A DNA stretch of 46,608 bases from Haloglomus sp. GTDB lineage: Archaea > Halobacteriota > Halobacteria > Halobacteriales > Haloarculaceae. The stretch's first letter is position 1, and each line of letters opens with the position of its first letter. This document shows positions 1 through 9,208 of the stretch, in pieces. Location of the stretch: positions 1-46,608 of the forward strand of contig JBDGSA010000073.1 of NCBI GenBank assembly GCA_042217755.1, given 5' to 3'. The translations under genes were made by a program, and so were the position numbers. Under the pieces are notes generated by a model, which was not told the origin of the DNA, ran no database searches, and was given only the letters and a program-made list of their open reading frames with translations.

Positions 1-36
1 GAACGTTCCGTGTAGCCGGCACAACGGTGAGACATC

Positions 37-492
37 ATGTTCGAAGAAGCAATCAACTACCCCCGGAAGGGCGAGAAGAACTGGACGACCGTCGCAGTCG
101 GTGGCATCCTGTCGCTGCTGTCGTTCCTGTTCGCCCCCGTGTTCCTCGTGCTCGGTTACGGTGCGCGGGTACTCCGCCACGCCGCGGCCGACCCCGAGAG
201 CGAGACCGCGCCCGTCTTCGACGAGTGGGGGGACCTGTTCGTCGACGGTCTGAAACAGTTCGGCGTCGCGTTCGTCTACCTCCTCGTTCCCGGCGTCGTG
301 TTCGGCGTCTCCGTCGGTGGCGCCATCTCCGGCACCGTGAGCGCGACCGGCCTCGGGGCGCTCGTGGCCCCGTTCGTGACGTTCTACGCCACCGTCTCGG
401 CATACTACCTGTACGGCGGCGCCGTCGGCGTAATCGACCCCGACGCCGACGAGGGGAGCCCCGAGTCGACGGCGGGCCAGCCCACGGCCTGA
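37..492 (+). CDS. DUF4013-like membrane protein, possibly internally shortened
   Basis: N-terminus MFEEAINYP...GGILSLL...LVLGYGARVLR...PVFDEWGDLFVDGLK matches the haloarchaeal DUF4013 pattern; only 151 aa. Confidence 0.7.
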   Translation: MFEEAINYPRKGEKNWTTVAVGGILSLLSFLFAPVFLVLGYGARVLRHAAADPESETAPVFDEWGDLFVDGLKQFGVAFVYLLVPGVVFGVSVGGAISGTVSATGLGALVAPFVTFYATVSAYYLYGGAVGVIDPDADEGSPESTAGQPTA

Positions 493-524
493 GCGCCGGT
501 GGTCATATCGGACCGGTAGCGCTC
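491..524 (+). terminator. imperfect GC-rich hairpin after the DUF4013-like gene
   Basis: GAGCGC-CGGT...ACCGG-TA-GCGCTC inverted repeat directly at the stop codon. Confidence 0.25.
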
Positions 525-540
525 TGCTGTGGAAGAATGT

Positions 541-630
541 AGATATTCTGTTCTATCATCGATTATATCTCACTTACTGACATAGTCAAGCATATTGTAA
601 AATTACCATCGAGATATTCTATAAAAACTG
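541..630. other. AT-rich islet 1 (about 29% GC) between convergent genes
   Basis: 26 G+C in 90 bp; AGATATTC at 541 and 612. Confidence 0.85.
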
Positions 631-662
631 ACTCGAACGAACAACTCGGCCTGCTCGTCCAG

Positions 663-1508
663 TCACGCCTCGGAGGAGTCCGCGAGCGAGTAGGTCGGCG
701 GCACCCAGCCGAACGCGCCCGCCGCGGCGAGCGGGCCGCCCGTCCAGCACAGGAGACTCAGCGCGTTCGCCGCCGGAATCGCGGCCGCTGCCGCCTCGCC
801 CGTGGTGAGCGGCGCGAGCACGGATGTCAGGACGAGCCCCCGGTACGCGCTGGCCGGGCTGAGCGCGAGATACCAGGGCAGGCCCGCCGGTCCGACGACC
901 CCGGAGGCGAGGCCGAGGACGATAGCGAGGTCGAAACCGAAACTCAGCAACACCACGACCAGAAGCGTCAGCGCCAGCACCCGCCGTCCGGTCCGGACGA
1001 GCGTCGAGAGGGCCAGCACCACCGCGAGCGTCATCGCGGCGAACCAGCCCGTCAGCACGACGAACCGGAGGAAGTACACCGGCGAGTCGACCCCGGGGGT
1101 ACGCGTCAGTCCAGCCGGCGAGAGCGAGTAGAGCGGGACAGCGAGACTCGTCAGGAGCAACGCGCCGACGACGAGACCGACGAGGGTGACTGCCCGTCCG
1201 AGGTAGACACCCCCCACGTACTCGACCGAGGAGACGGGGAACGTCCGGACGACGTCGAGTTCGCCCCGCTCGCGCTCGACCTGGATCGTCCGGTAGCCGA
1301 GCGCGGCCGCCGCGACCGGGACCAGTAACTCCATCGGCGTCAGGAGCGCCACCGAGAGCTGGATGTAGCCGCTCCGGCCGCTCAACGCCGCCACCGCGAG
1401 ACAGACACCCAGAACGACGCCGGCGACGAGCCGCGTGACTCGGGCGCGACGGATCGTCCGGAACTCCCGGTCCAGAACCGCGAGCAGTCGGTCTGTCAGT
1501 GCGCTCAT
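663..1508 (-). CDS. ABC-2 permease, NosY-like
   Basis: Multiple TM segments; ERERGELDVVRTFPVS and ALSPASAYR motifs; 4-bp overlap with upstream ATPase. Confidence 0.8.
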   Translation of the reverse strand: MSALTDRLLAVLDREFRTIRRARVTRLVAGVVLGVCLAVAALSGRSGYIQLSVALLTPMELLVPVAAAALGYRTIQVERERGELDVVRTFPVSSVEYVGGVYLGRAVTLVGLVVGALLLTSLAVPLYSLSPAGLTRTPGVDSPVYFLRFVVLTGWFAAMTLAVVLALSTLVRTGRRVLALTLLVVVLLSFGFDLAIVLGLASGVVGPAGLPWYLALSPASAYRGLVLTSVLAPLTTGEAAAAAIPAANALSLLCWTGGPLAAAGAFGWVPPTYSLADSSEA

Positions 1509-2332
1509 GGTTCCTCGGTCGCGGTGTCGCCAGCCTCCCTCGTCCCGGCACCGTCTGCCTCCCTCGTCCCGGCGCCGTCGGATTCCGGTTCTGGGTCCGG
1601 CGCCGGCTCCGAATCCGAATCGGGCTCGGCGACACCCGTCTGTGCGCCCGGTTTGTCGACGATTGCTCGGAAGGCGGCCGTCAGCGACTCGGTCCCCGTT
1701 CGGTCACAGAGCGCGTCGGGAGACTCGTCGGCGACGATGGTCCCCCGATTCAGAACCAGCAGCCGCGTCACGTCTGACACGTAGGCCAGCCGGTGGGTCG
1801 CCAGGAGGACCGTTCCGCCCCCTTCACGGAGCCGCCGAAGTACCTCGAAGAGCCGGTCGGTCATCGCCGGGTCGAGCCCGCTGGTCGGCTCGTCGAGCAC
1901 CACCAACTCCGGCCGGCCCAGCGTCGCTACCGCGAGACCAAGCAGCCGGCGCATCCCGCCCGAGAGGTCCGCGACGCGTCGGTCGTGCACGTCGCCCAGT
2001 CCGACGCGGTCGAGGGCACTCTCGACGTCCGGCTCGGTGTCCAGCAGCGACGCGTAGAACCCGACGGTCTCGGCGACTGTTCCCGTCGGGCGGAAGGAGG
2101 GGCTCTGTGGGAGGTAGCCGATCGGGCGCTCGCCCGACGCGTTGAGGGTGACAGTCCCGCTGGCCGGGAGCGCCAGGCCGGCGAGAAGCCGCACGAGCGT
2201 CGTCTTGCCCGATCCGTTCGGCCCGACGACGGCCACGGTGCTCTCGGCCGACACCTCGAACGAAACCGCCTCGAGCACGTCGGTCGACCCGAACGACTGC
2301 GAGAGGTCGTCGACGGTCAGTATCGCGGGCAT
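1505..2332 (-). CDS. ABC ATP-binding protein, NosF-like
   Basis: Walker A GPNGSGKTT, signature LSGGM, Walker B VVLDEP, H-loop ATH; acidic tail. Confidence 0.9.
   Translation of the reverse strand: MPAILTVDDLSQSFGSTDVLEAVSFEVSAESTVAVVGPNGSGKTTLVRLLAGLALPASGTVTLNASGERPIGYLPQSPSFRPTGTVAETVGFYASLLDTEPDVESALDRVGLGDVHDRRVADLSGGMRRLLGLAVATLGRPELVVLDEPTSGLDPAMTDRLFEVLRRLREGGGTVLLATHRLAYVSDVTRLLVLNRGTIVADESPDALCDRTGTESLTAAFRAIVDKPGAQTGVAEPDSDSEPAPDPEPESDGAGTREADGAGTREAGDTATEEP
1533..1580. repeat. 24-bp tandem repeat (2 copies) in the ATPase tail
   Basis: GCCTCCCTCGTCCCGGC(A/G)CCGTC twice, encoding DGAGTREA x2. Confidence 0.85.
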
Positions 2333-2456
2333 GGCGGTCCCGCAGGAACGGCGACATCATCTGTCGCGACACGACCAGCACTCGACGCGTGCATCGCGTC
2401 CGCGGTTCCGTCGGGGCGCCGCATAATACTTGGCTCTGTCCGCGCAATCGTCGGCG

Positions 2457-4427
2457 ATGGACTCCCGTCGGGTCGTCCTCGCCGCCGTCGTCGCACTGGC
2501 GGTGAGTCCGGCGCCGTTCCTCGCACAGCCGGGTGGCGGGAGCGGCGCGTCGCCGGTGCCGTTCGACGAGACGAAGACTGTCGGCCTGTCCGACCGGACG
2601 ACGCTACAGGCGACCGAGTCGAGCGTCGTCATCCCACAGGCGGAGGTGTACTACGCCCGCTACCGGTACGTCGTCGGCTACTGGGGCGTCACGTCGCTAC
2701 TCGCCCGACTCCGGACCCAGCAACAGCGGGAACTCGGGCGCCCGCTCGCGGTGTTCGTCTCGGACTTCGCGGGGCGGAACCTCACCGTGACCGACGAGCG
2801 GTACCTCCGGCTCGCGGACGGCGCTCCGCCCGACTGGACCACCGCGAGCGAGGCGTACTTCGTCGTGAACAGCAGCGCACGCATCCCGACGCGGAACACG
2901 ACGGTCGTTCCCTTCTCCGTCCGCCGGGACGCGGTCGCGTTCGCCCGGCGATACGGCGGTGAGGTCAGGCGGTGGGAGGAACTGCAGTCGCTTCCGGTCG
3001 GACGCGTCGGGCGGTCGCTCGCGGCGTGGCAGGACCTGGCCGAGCGGCGCCAGGCGCGGGCCGACCGTGTCGTCCGGCGGAGCCGAGGGCTCCTGCCACG
3101 CCCCGTCTCGGTCAGTGTCGGCAGCGGGACTGATTCGAGCACCGTCGACAATGAGACCCGCTTGCGCGCGGCCATCCGCCGCGCGCCGCCGAACACGACC
3201 GTCCGCCTCGGTCCAGGCACGTACCACACCGACGGCCTCACCGTCACGAAGCCGCTGACACTCCGGGGCGCCGGCCCGGACCGGACGCGCATCGTCGGCG
3301 ACGGGAACGGCAGCGTCGTGACCGTCACCGCCCCGCGGACGGCCATCGCGGGCGTCTCCATCGTGGGCGTCGGAAACGACCGGACCGGACTGAACGACAC
3401 CGACGTGAACGTCTCGGTGCCGCGCGACTCGTGGAAGTACGACTACTATAAGATTCACGGCTACGGCGACGCGGCGGTCGTGTTCGACGAGGCGCCGGCG
3501 TCGCGCGTCTCGAGCGTCCACATCAACACCACGTCAAGCGGTATCGTCGCCCGGAACAGCCCCGGAACCGTCGTCACCAACCTCACGCTCTATGGGACGA
3601 AGCGTCACGAGGACGGTTTCCTCGGGGTATCTGCGATCGGCGCCGGCGTCGTCGTTCAGCACTCGCGGTTCTACGGCGGGAAGGTCGGCGTCTACAGCTA
3701 CGACGCCCCCGGGCTGGTCGTCCGCGACTGCGAGACGCGGGGGATGCTGGTCGGCGTCCTCAACCTCTACTCGCCCCGCTCGCTTCTCACCGATAACACC
3801 GTCGACGACGTCTGGAACGGCATCTACCTCGAGACACAGTCGTACGGCAACATCGTCGCGGAGAACTTCCTCCACAACACCCGCAACGGGTTCGTCGTGG
3901 AGGGACGGGCGAACTACCTCGCCCGGAACACCGTCGTCCACAGCGTCCACGGAACGCAGGTCGAGGGCGGGACGTCGCGCTACTGGCGGAACGTCCTCGC
4001 GTACAACCGCATCGGCGCCCGGAGCGACGCGCTGCTTCCGAGCAACCGCGTCTCCGAGAACGTCTTCCTCGGGAACGCGGAGTACGTCGAGACCCAGCGC
4101 TGGAACGTCCTCCACGTCTGGCGCGGGAACTACTGGGACGGCGCCGCCGTTCCGCCGTTCGACCGCCCGGGGCGCACGTTCCGCCCGACGGGCCCGGTCG
4201 ACAGTCTGGCCCGCGTCCCCGGGGCCCGGACGCTCGCTGCGGCGCCCGCGACGTCGCTGTATCGGCGACTCCAGCGGGTCGTACCCGGACTCCGGGCCGC
4301 CGGTGTCGTCGACCCGGCGCCGCTCGAGCGGCCGCCAGAACCGGTCCGCTGGCGAGCCCTCCGCGCGCGCTACGGTAACCGGACGGGTCCCCACCCCGAC
4401 GCGGACCCGTGGGACTTCGAGGCGTAA
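2457..4427 (+). CDS. NosD-type beta-helix protein with N-terminal NosL-like domain
   Basis: AYFVVNS...PFS...AVAFARRYGGEV (NosL-like), LGPGTY...VTKPLTLRG and parallel beta-helix repeats, GNYW...FRPT; TATA-like CATAATA 2422-2428 ahead of ATG 2457. Confidence 0.8.
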   Translation: MDSRRVVLAAVVALAVSPAPFLAQPGGGSGASPVPFDETKTVGLSDRTTLQATESSVVIPQAEVYYARYRYVVGYWGVTSLLARLRTQQQRELGRPLAVFVSDFAGRNLTVTDERYLRLADGAPPDWTTASEAYFVVNSSARIPTRNTTVVPFSVRRDAVAFARRYGGEVRRWEELQSLPVGRVGRSLAAWQDLAERRQARADRVVRRSRGLLPRPVSVSVGSGTDSSTVDNETRLRAAIRRAPPNTTVRLGPGTYHTDGLTVTKPLTLRGAGPDRTRIVGDGNGSVVTVTAPRTAIAGVSIVGVGNDRTGLNDTDVNVSVPRDSWKYDYYKIHGYGDAAVVFDEAPASRVSSVHINTTSSGIVARNSPGTVVTNLTLYGTKRHEDGFLGVSAIGAGVVVQHSRFYGGKVGVYSYDAPGLVVRDCETRGMLVGVLNLYSPRSLLTDNTVDDVWNGIYLETQSYGNIVAENFLHNTRNGFVVEGRANYLARNTVVHSVHGTQVEGGTSRYWRNVLAYNRIGARSDALLPSNRVSENVFLGNAEYVETQRWNVLHVWRGNYWDGAAVPPFDRPGRTFRPTGPVDSLARVPGARTLAAAPATSLYRRLQRVVPGLRAAGVVDPAPLERPPEPVRWRALRARYGNRTGPHPDADPWDFEA

Positions 4428-4440
4428 CTCCCAGAGAATC

Positions 4441-4515
4441 CAATGACAAACTAAATGACCATTTTTGAGATTAATTTATAATCTATACAGAATATTCGAG
4501 TTATTTTGTATTTAT
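4441..4515. other. AT-rich islet 2 (about 21% GC) between convergent genes
   Basis: 16 G+C in 75 bp; contains ATTCGAGTTATTTTGTATTTAT. Confidence 0.85.
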
Positions 4516-5870
4516 CAGAGGCCTTGATGAACGTCGGGTGCGTCCATCCCGGGCAGTACATCGTCCGCCAGTCGTTCGACCTGCTCGAGGTACAGGTCGA
4601 CGAACCGGGCCGCGCCGTCGCTGTCGAACTGCGTCAGTCGGTACCGACAGAACAGGTGGAGTTCGCCGTCGAACGTTCCCACGGCGATGCCGACGGGGAG
4701 CTGGTCCCACGTGGGCGGCGCGAACCAGACCCGGCCCTCGGTTCCGTCCTCGAGCGACGGTGACACCGGGACGTTCCCGAGATTGGTCAGGACGACCGTG
4801 TCGAGCAGGCGCGAGCCCGGCCCCTCGAGCAGGTCGGGGAGGTGACGCTCGAGCGCGACCGGCAGGTCCGGGAGCAGCGAGAGGGCCGCGTAGGTCGCCT
4901 CCGGGAGGTCACGCTCCTTGATGCGGGTCGTCTGCCGGGTCACTGTCCGCAGGGTGTCGACGGGGTCGCGTCGGTCGCTCCGGTCAGTCCGGACGCGTTC
5001 GAACAGCGTGTACATCGCCATCACCTGGTAGAACCAGTCGTCGGGACGGACGTTGACCGGCATCATGACGCTCAGCCAGCCCGTCGGCTCGCCGTGAGCC
5101 TCGTTCCACCGGTCGATGGTGCGGTGGAGCGCCGCCAGGAGGACGTCGTTGACCGTGACGCCCGACGGCGGCGCGTCGATGAGTCGAGCCGTCGACTCTG
5201 GGTCCAGCACGCGGCGCTCGTACCCCCAGCCCGGCCGGTCCGAGCCGCCGTCCTCGGCGATGTCGGTCGGACTGAGGACCCACTCTCGGAGGCGGCGGGC
5301 CACGGTGGCGGCGGCGTCTCGGGCGTCCGCGAGTGTCTCGGGGCGGCAGTCCGCCAGCAGCGAACGCGACTCGCACAGGCTGATCGAGTCCGCCGTCGGT
5401 TCCCCGCCACGGTACGCCGTCAAGACAGCCCGAGTGAACCGGAGCAGCCCGACTCCGTCCGAGACGACGTGGCTCGTCGACTGGAGGAGCCGGTCGCCGC
5501 CGTCGATGCCGCCGCCGCGGTAGACGACGATGGCGAACGGGGGCTCCTCGGTCAGGTCGAACGGTCGGCTGTAGAGGCGATTTCGAACGGTCCGGACGTC
5601 GTGTTCGTCTCCGTCGACCTCGTAGATGGGGACCGGTCCCGGTTCGGCCGGGATCTGCCAGCGATACCGCGTGTCGATCGGGCGCGCGGGGCGGCGCCGC
5701 GCCCGCGACATCGGATGCCGCGCCATCGCGGTCCGGGTGGCCGTCGCCAGCCGGTCGACGTCGACGGTGGCCGACGTCGCCAGTTCGATCTGTATGTTCA
5801 GCGGCCGGAAGCGCCGCTCCAGGTGGAGGGCCATCTCCTCGACGAGCGTGAAGGGGAGCGTGCCGCGCAT
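4515..5870 (-). CDS. standalone condensation-domain / CoA-dependent acyltransferase-fold protein
   Basis: RPFDL, SHVVSDG (HHxxxDG variant), [21 protein letters not shown]; start ATG 5870. Confidence 0.75.
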   Translation of the reverse strand: MRGTLPFTLVEEMALHLERRFRPLNIQIELATSATVDVDRLATATRTAMARHPMSRARRRPARPIDTRYRWQIPAEPGPVPIYEVDGDEHDVRTVRNRLYSRPFDLTEEPPFAIVVYRGGGIDGGDRLLQSTSHVVSDGVGLLRFTRAVLTAYRGGEPTADSISLCESRSLLADCRPETLADARDAAATVARRLREWVLSPTDIAEDGGSDRPGWGYERRVLDPESTARLIDAPPSGVTVNDVLLAALHRTIDRWNEAHGEPTGWLSVMMPVNVRPDDWFYQVMAMYTLFERVRTDRSDRRDPVDTLRTVTRQTTRIKERDLPEATYAALSLLPDLPVALERHLPDLLEGPGSRLLDTVVLTNLGNVPVSPSLEDGTEGRVWFAPPTWDQLPVGIAVGTFDGELHLFCRYRLTQFDSDGAARFVDLYLEQVERLADDVLPGMDAPDVHQGL

Positions 5871-6012
5871 CGTCGGGGTGCTCTGTCCGTGCGGCCAGCC
5901 CGCTGTTAAAGGCTGGCGCCAGCGTTGTGCGGCCACCGAACGGCCGACGGGTCGAGACACGCCGGCGCTCGGGAACGGCAGGGTCTTTGCGGGCGGGCCG
6001 CCGAGTCGCGGT

Positions 6013-7080
6013 ATGCGCATCCAGGATCGTCAGGCCGTCGGGGAGGGCCGCGAGCGAATCGAGGTCGTCCCCGAGAGCCTGGACGACCTGTGGCACCTGA
6101 CGTACGTCATCGAGCCGGGCGACGAGGTCGGCGGCGACACGACCCGGCGCATCCAGCGCGACGACGAGCAGTTGCGCGACACGGGGGGCGAGCGCGAGCA
6201 CATGTACGTCACCCTCGAGGTCGACGATGTCGAGTTCGCGAAGTTCGCCAACCGCCTGCGCGTCGGCGGAGAGATCGTGGACTGTTCGCGAGAGGACCAG
6301 CTCGGGCTCCACCACACCCTGAACGTCGAGGAGCGCACGGAGATCGAGATCACAAAGCGCTGGAAGACCGACCAGCTCGAGCGGCTCCAGGAGGCCGTCG
6401 AGGCCACCGAGAACCCCGACGTCGCCATCGCGACCGTCGAGGAGGGCGAAGCGTACGTCCACACGGTCGCCCAGTACGGCGTCGAGGAGCGCGCCGCCAT
6501 CACCGCAACCACGGGCAAAGGCGAGTACGCCCAGCCCCGCACTCGACTGTTCGAGGAGTTGACAGACGTGCTCTCGCGGATGGACGTCGACGCCATCATT
6601 CTCGCGGGCCCCGGCTTCACCAAGCGGGACGCACTCGACCACATCGAAGAGCACGCGCCCGACGTGGCAGAACTCGTCACGACCGTCGACACCTCGAGCG
6701 CCGGGGACCGCGGCGTCCATGAGGTACTCAAGCGCGGCGCCGTCGAGGAGGTCCAGGCCGAGACCCGCATCGCCGAAGAGGCCGACGCCATCGACGAACT
6801 CATGGAGCGCATCGGCGAGGGCCACGAGGCGGCCTACGGCATCGAGAGCGTGATGGAGGCCGCCGAGTACGGCGCCGTCGACGAACTGCTCATCCTCGAC
6901 GAGCGCCTGCGCGCCGAACGCGCCGGCGAGGGCGACTGGGACGTCGACGCGAACGACCTCGTCGAGACGGTTGAGCAGAAGGGCGGCGAGGTGACGGTCT
7001 TCTCGAGCGAGTTCGACCCCGGGCAACAGCTGAAGAATCTCGGCGGCGTCGCGGCGCTGCTGCGCTACCGCATCGACTGA
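6013..7080 (+). CDS. pelA: mRNA surveillance protein pelota
   Basis: [54 protein letters not shown]. Confidence 0.97.
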   Translation: MRIQDRQAVGEGRERIEVVPESLDDLWHLTYVIEPGDEVGGDTTRRIQRDDEQLRDTGGEREHMYVTLEVDDVEFAKFANRLRVGGEIVDCSREDQLGLHHTLNVEERTEIEITKRWKTDQLERLQEAVEATENPDVAIATVEEGEAYVHTVAQYGVEERAAITATTGKGEYAQPRTRLFEELTDVLSRMDVDAIILAGPGFTKRDALDHIEEHAPDVAELVTTVDTSSAGDRGVHEVLKRGAVEEVQAETRIAEEADAIDELMERIGEGHEAAYGIESVMEAAEYGAVDELLILDERLRAERAGEGDWDVDANDLVETVEQKGGEVTVFSSEFDPGQQLKNLGGVAALLRYRID

Positions 7081-7148
7081 GTAGAACACTCCGGGTCACC
7101 GCGGGGAACTCTTGTCTGTGTACACTCGAATACATCCAGATACGTACT

Positions 7149-7554
7149 ATGCCCGTCCAGTTCGACGAGTACGAGCGGAGCGCCGAGCAGGTCGACTGGC
7201 GGCCGACACCGGGGTCGAACGCCGCGACGATCCTCGCCTTCCTGATCCGCCATCGCGGCACTGGGTTCACGCCGAGCGAGATCGCCGAGGAGACGGACGT
7301 TCCGGTCGGGAGCGCCGGACCAACCCTCCAGCGCCTCAACGAGCGCGATCTGGTTCGACACCAAGAGCCGTACTGGGCCGCCGCCGAGGACGACCGTATC
7401 GCCGCGTACGAATCGATGCTCCGGGAGATGGAGGCACTCGCGGACGACGACGCGTGGTGAGGTCGACACCACCGAACACACGGTCGACGAGGAGGAACTC
7501 GCCAAGTGGCGGATGGAGGAGGAGAACGGAAGCCGTGACGGGGCCGACAGATGA
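7149..7554 (+). pseudogene. winged-HTH protein (putative antitoxin); stop at 7460 with acidic tail continuing in +1 frame to 7554
   Basis: GSNAATILAFL...FTPSEIAEETDVPVGSAGPTLQRL...LVRH..PYW; +1 frame 7459-7554 reads EVDTTEHTVDEEELAKWR...DR* and ends in an ATGA overlap. Confidence 0.6.
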
Positions 7555-7620
7555 CTCACCGTCGCGGCGAGGTCGTCTGGTATCCCGCGATGTTCACTGA
7601 CTACGACAGACCGTTGTTCC
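7551..7620 (+). pseudogene. 5' remnant of a PemK/MazF-family toxin
   Basis: MTHRRGEVVWYPAMFTDYDRPL resembles the RG(D/E)VVW...F...RP N-terminus of PemK toxins; similarity lost after about 22 aa. Confidence 0.55.
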
Positions 7621-7675
7621 GTGACGAAACTGGCCCGTGTCTGCGGCGGCGAGTGAGCGGCTCTTTGGCGATGCC

Positions 7676-8455
7676 TCACGCCACGTCCACCGTCAGCCCG
7701 TCCTCCGCGAACCGGACCTCGCCGTCGTAGGCCTCGCCGACTGACTCCAGCATCGCGTCCTTCTTCCCGACCGTGTGCGGGTAGAGGTGCGTCAGGTAGA
7801 CCGATTCGTAGTTGTGGCCGGCCAGGGCCTCGCCGAGCGAGGTGGGCGTCGGGTGGTTGTCGACGTCGACCGCGTCGGGGAACGAGCAGTCGTGGACGAA
7901 CACGTCCGCGCCGTCCGCGAAGCGCGCGAGCCGATCGGTCGCCTCCGAGTCGCCCGAGAAGGCGAACACGGGGCCGTCCCCGTCGCCGCCGTCGGGCGTG
8001 ATGCGGTAGGCGTGGCAGTACATCGAGTGGACGGTCTCTGCGGCGTCGACCGAGAAACCGGCGAGGTCGACGGGCGCCTCGTCGGGCGTGACCTCGCGCA
8101 GGCGGAGGTCCAGCCGGTCCTGCATGTAGTCGTGGACGTCCAGCAACCCCTCGACGAGGTCGCCCGTGCCCGGCGGACCGACGACGCGCAACGACTCGGC
8201 GCCCGCCAGCCAGCGCGCCTTCATCAGCGGCAGGAGGTCCGAGACGTGGTCGAGGTGATGATGGGTCAGCAGGAGGGTGTCGACGCCCTCGTAACCCGTC
8301 TCGGTGGCGGCGAGCGAGTGGAGCACACCGCTGCCGCAATCAATCAGCAGCGGCCCCGCCGCGTCCGCTCCGTCACCACCGTCGACAAGCAGTCCGGTCT
8401 GCATCCGCTCGCCGGTCGGCATCGCGCTCCCGGTTCCGAGGAAGGTTACCTGCAT
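7676..8455 (-). CDS. MBL-fold metallo-hydrolase (RNase Z/BN-like)
   Basis: MQVTFLGTGS, LLIDCGSG, THHHLDH, FSGDS, HDCS, LTHLYP. Confidence 0.9.
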   Translation of the reverse strand: MQVTFLGTGSAMPTGERMQTGLLVDGGDGADAAGPLLIDCGSGVLHSLAATETGYEGVDTLLLTHHHLDHVSDLLPLMKARWLAGAESLRVVGPPGTGDLVEGLLDVHDYMQDRLDLRLREVTPDEAPVDLAGFSVDAAETVHSMYCHAYRITPDGGDGDGPVFAFSGDSEATDRLARFADGADVFVHDCSFPDAVDVDNHPTPTSLGEALAGHNYESVYLTHLYPHTVGKKDAMLESVGEAYDGEVRFAEDGLTVDVA

Positions 8456-8709
8456 GCACAGACCGTGGCCCGAGCGGCGCAAAAGCGGTGTGGTCGGACA
8501 CAACGATCAGGGACCCGCGGTCGAAGTGGTCGAGCTGAAACTCTCCCCTGGACGAGGTCGAATGCGGCCGCTCGCGGTACGAACCAGTCGAATTGTGCAT
8601 CGAATGAGAACCCAGTCCTCGAACAGTCGGGGGATCGCTTCGGAGGGCCGTCAGACGCTCGGCGCACGGCGCCACAACGCATATACCCTGGCGGGACGGA
8701 TATCGTGGT

Positions 8710-8862
8710 ATGTTAGAGCACACCAATCCATACGTGTTCGGCGACGAGCGGGGTGACGGCGGTCTGGAAGCGGAACCGGAGAGCGACCACGGGACCGAGA
8801 CGGTCATCGTGGACGGCGACGCGATGAGCTACCGGAGCTACCAGCGCCACGAAGCCGAGTGA
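8710..8862 (+). CDS. 50-aa acidic micro-protein (not in ORF track)
   Basis: MLEHTNPYVFGDERGDGGLEAEPESDHGTETVIVDGDAMSYRSYQRHEAE*; GC-rich third positions; TATA-like CATATA 8680-8685 upstream of ATG. Confidence 0.6.
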   Translation: MLEHTNPYVFGDERGDGGLEAEPESDHGTETVIVDGDAMSYRSYQRHEAE

Positions 8863-8945
8863 GTGGTTGCCACGTTTCGAGGCGTGCACCCACAGAGAGT
8901 CCGCGAGCGGACGTCAGCGTGACCACCCGTCTCCCGACGAGACGG

Positions 8946-9020
8946 AGATATTCTAATTTTCCGTCATTTTCCCCGAATAGTCTCGATATTTTTAGAATTC
9001 GGGTTATTTTGTATTTATTG
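8946..9020. other. AT-rich islet 3 (about 29% GC)
   Basis: 22 G+C in 75 bp; contains ATTCGGGTTATTTTGTATTTAT and begins AGATATTCTA. Confidence 0.85.
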
Positions 9021-9208
9021 ATCCACTGTGAGATCTCTTGGCTTCTCGGGACCGGACCGTTCGCGCCCCGGCTACCGACGCCGCGGGAGGAATCCGCATC
9101 GGCGCCGAGCGAGCGCGAGCATCCACCGGTGAGCAGCGGGTGAAACTCCACCGCGAACGGGTGTGGGAAACTCAAGGTTCTTACCGAGAGCCACGCAAGT
9201 GACCGGCG

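Noticed and set aside
5626-6012. Long N-terminal extensions in the ORF track (pelota; also tfe, aIF2alpha, rpa3, methyltransferase, GNAT)
   Set aside because: They overlap neighbours or promoters; family similarity begins at the downstream starts used here.
4984-7089. Long antisense or alternate-frame ORFs (701 aa here; also 12041-13423, 24845-26272, 40997-42361)
   Set aside because: Shadows of real genes in high-GC DNA; no recognisable motifs.
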